Positions 63,949 through 64,000 of a stretch of DNA of 64,000 bases are shown here, piece after piece. This stretch comes from Octopus sinensis. Taxonomy: Eukaryota. Both the position numbers and the translations under genes were made by a program. Numbering within the stretch: position 1 is the stretch's first letter; every line of letters starts with the position of its first letter. Under the pieces are notes generated by a model that worked only from the letters and a program-made list of their open reading frames with translations, had not been told where the DNA came from and did no database searches. The stretch covers positions 118,730,001-118,794,000 of the forward strand of contig NC_043001.1 of the NCBI RefSeq assembly GCF_006345805.1. Reading direction: 5' to 3'.

Positions 63949-64000
63949 TTGGCCAAAAGTCACCTGACAGTAAATCAAAATTCCATAAATATTTAATATT
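63942..64000 (+). mobile_element. Possible Tc1-like left end, truncated by the window
   Basis: (TA)n then cagagttggccaaaagtcacc. Confidence 0.3.

Overview
AT-rich, repeat-dense eukaryotic DNA, probably intronic or intergenic. The SINE and LINE-tail families resemble those I recall from coleoid cephalopods (Octopus); this is an inference, not a database result. I recognise no intact protein-coding gene, tRNA/rRNA gene or CRISPR array, and most ORFs in the supplied track are translated microsatellites or SINE fragments. Supported content: (i) decayed retrotransposon coding relics (RTE endonuclease, RT and C-terminus; CR1-type RT in two copies; R4/Dong-like RLE-type ends; a Penelope-like C-terminus); (ii) two decayed mariner transposases, a mariner MITE, piggyBac-like TTAA MITEs and a Helitron-like non-autonomous element; (iii) dozens of tRNA-derived SINEs in at least four families; (iv) microsatellites and minisatellites. 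Second-look items: hammerhead-ribozyme relics in microsatellite-embedded Penelope-like repeats, a foldback palindrome, an inverted templated duplication between two opposed RTE tails, SINEs with swapped LINE tails, TE-derived tandem arrays, two CpG-retaining promoter-like islands and several unverified candidate exons. I found no firm evidence of a new biological system. Repeat boundaries are approximate (about 10-30 bp) unless motif positions are given.
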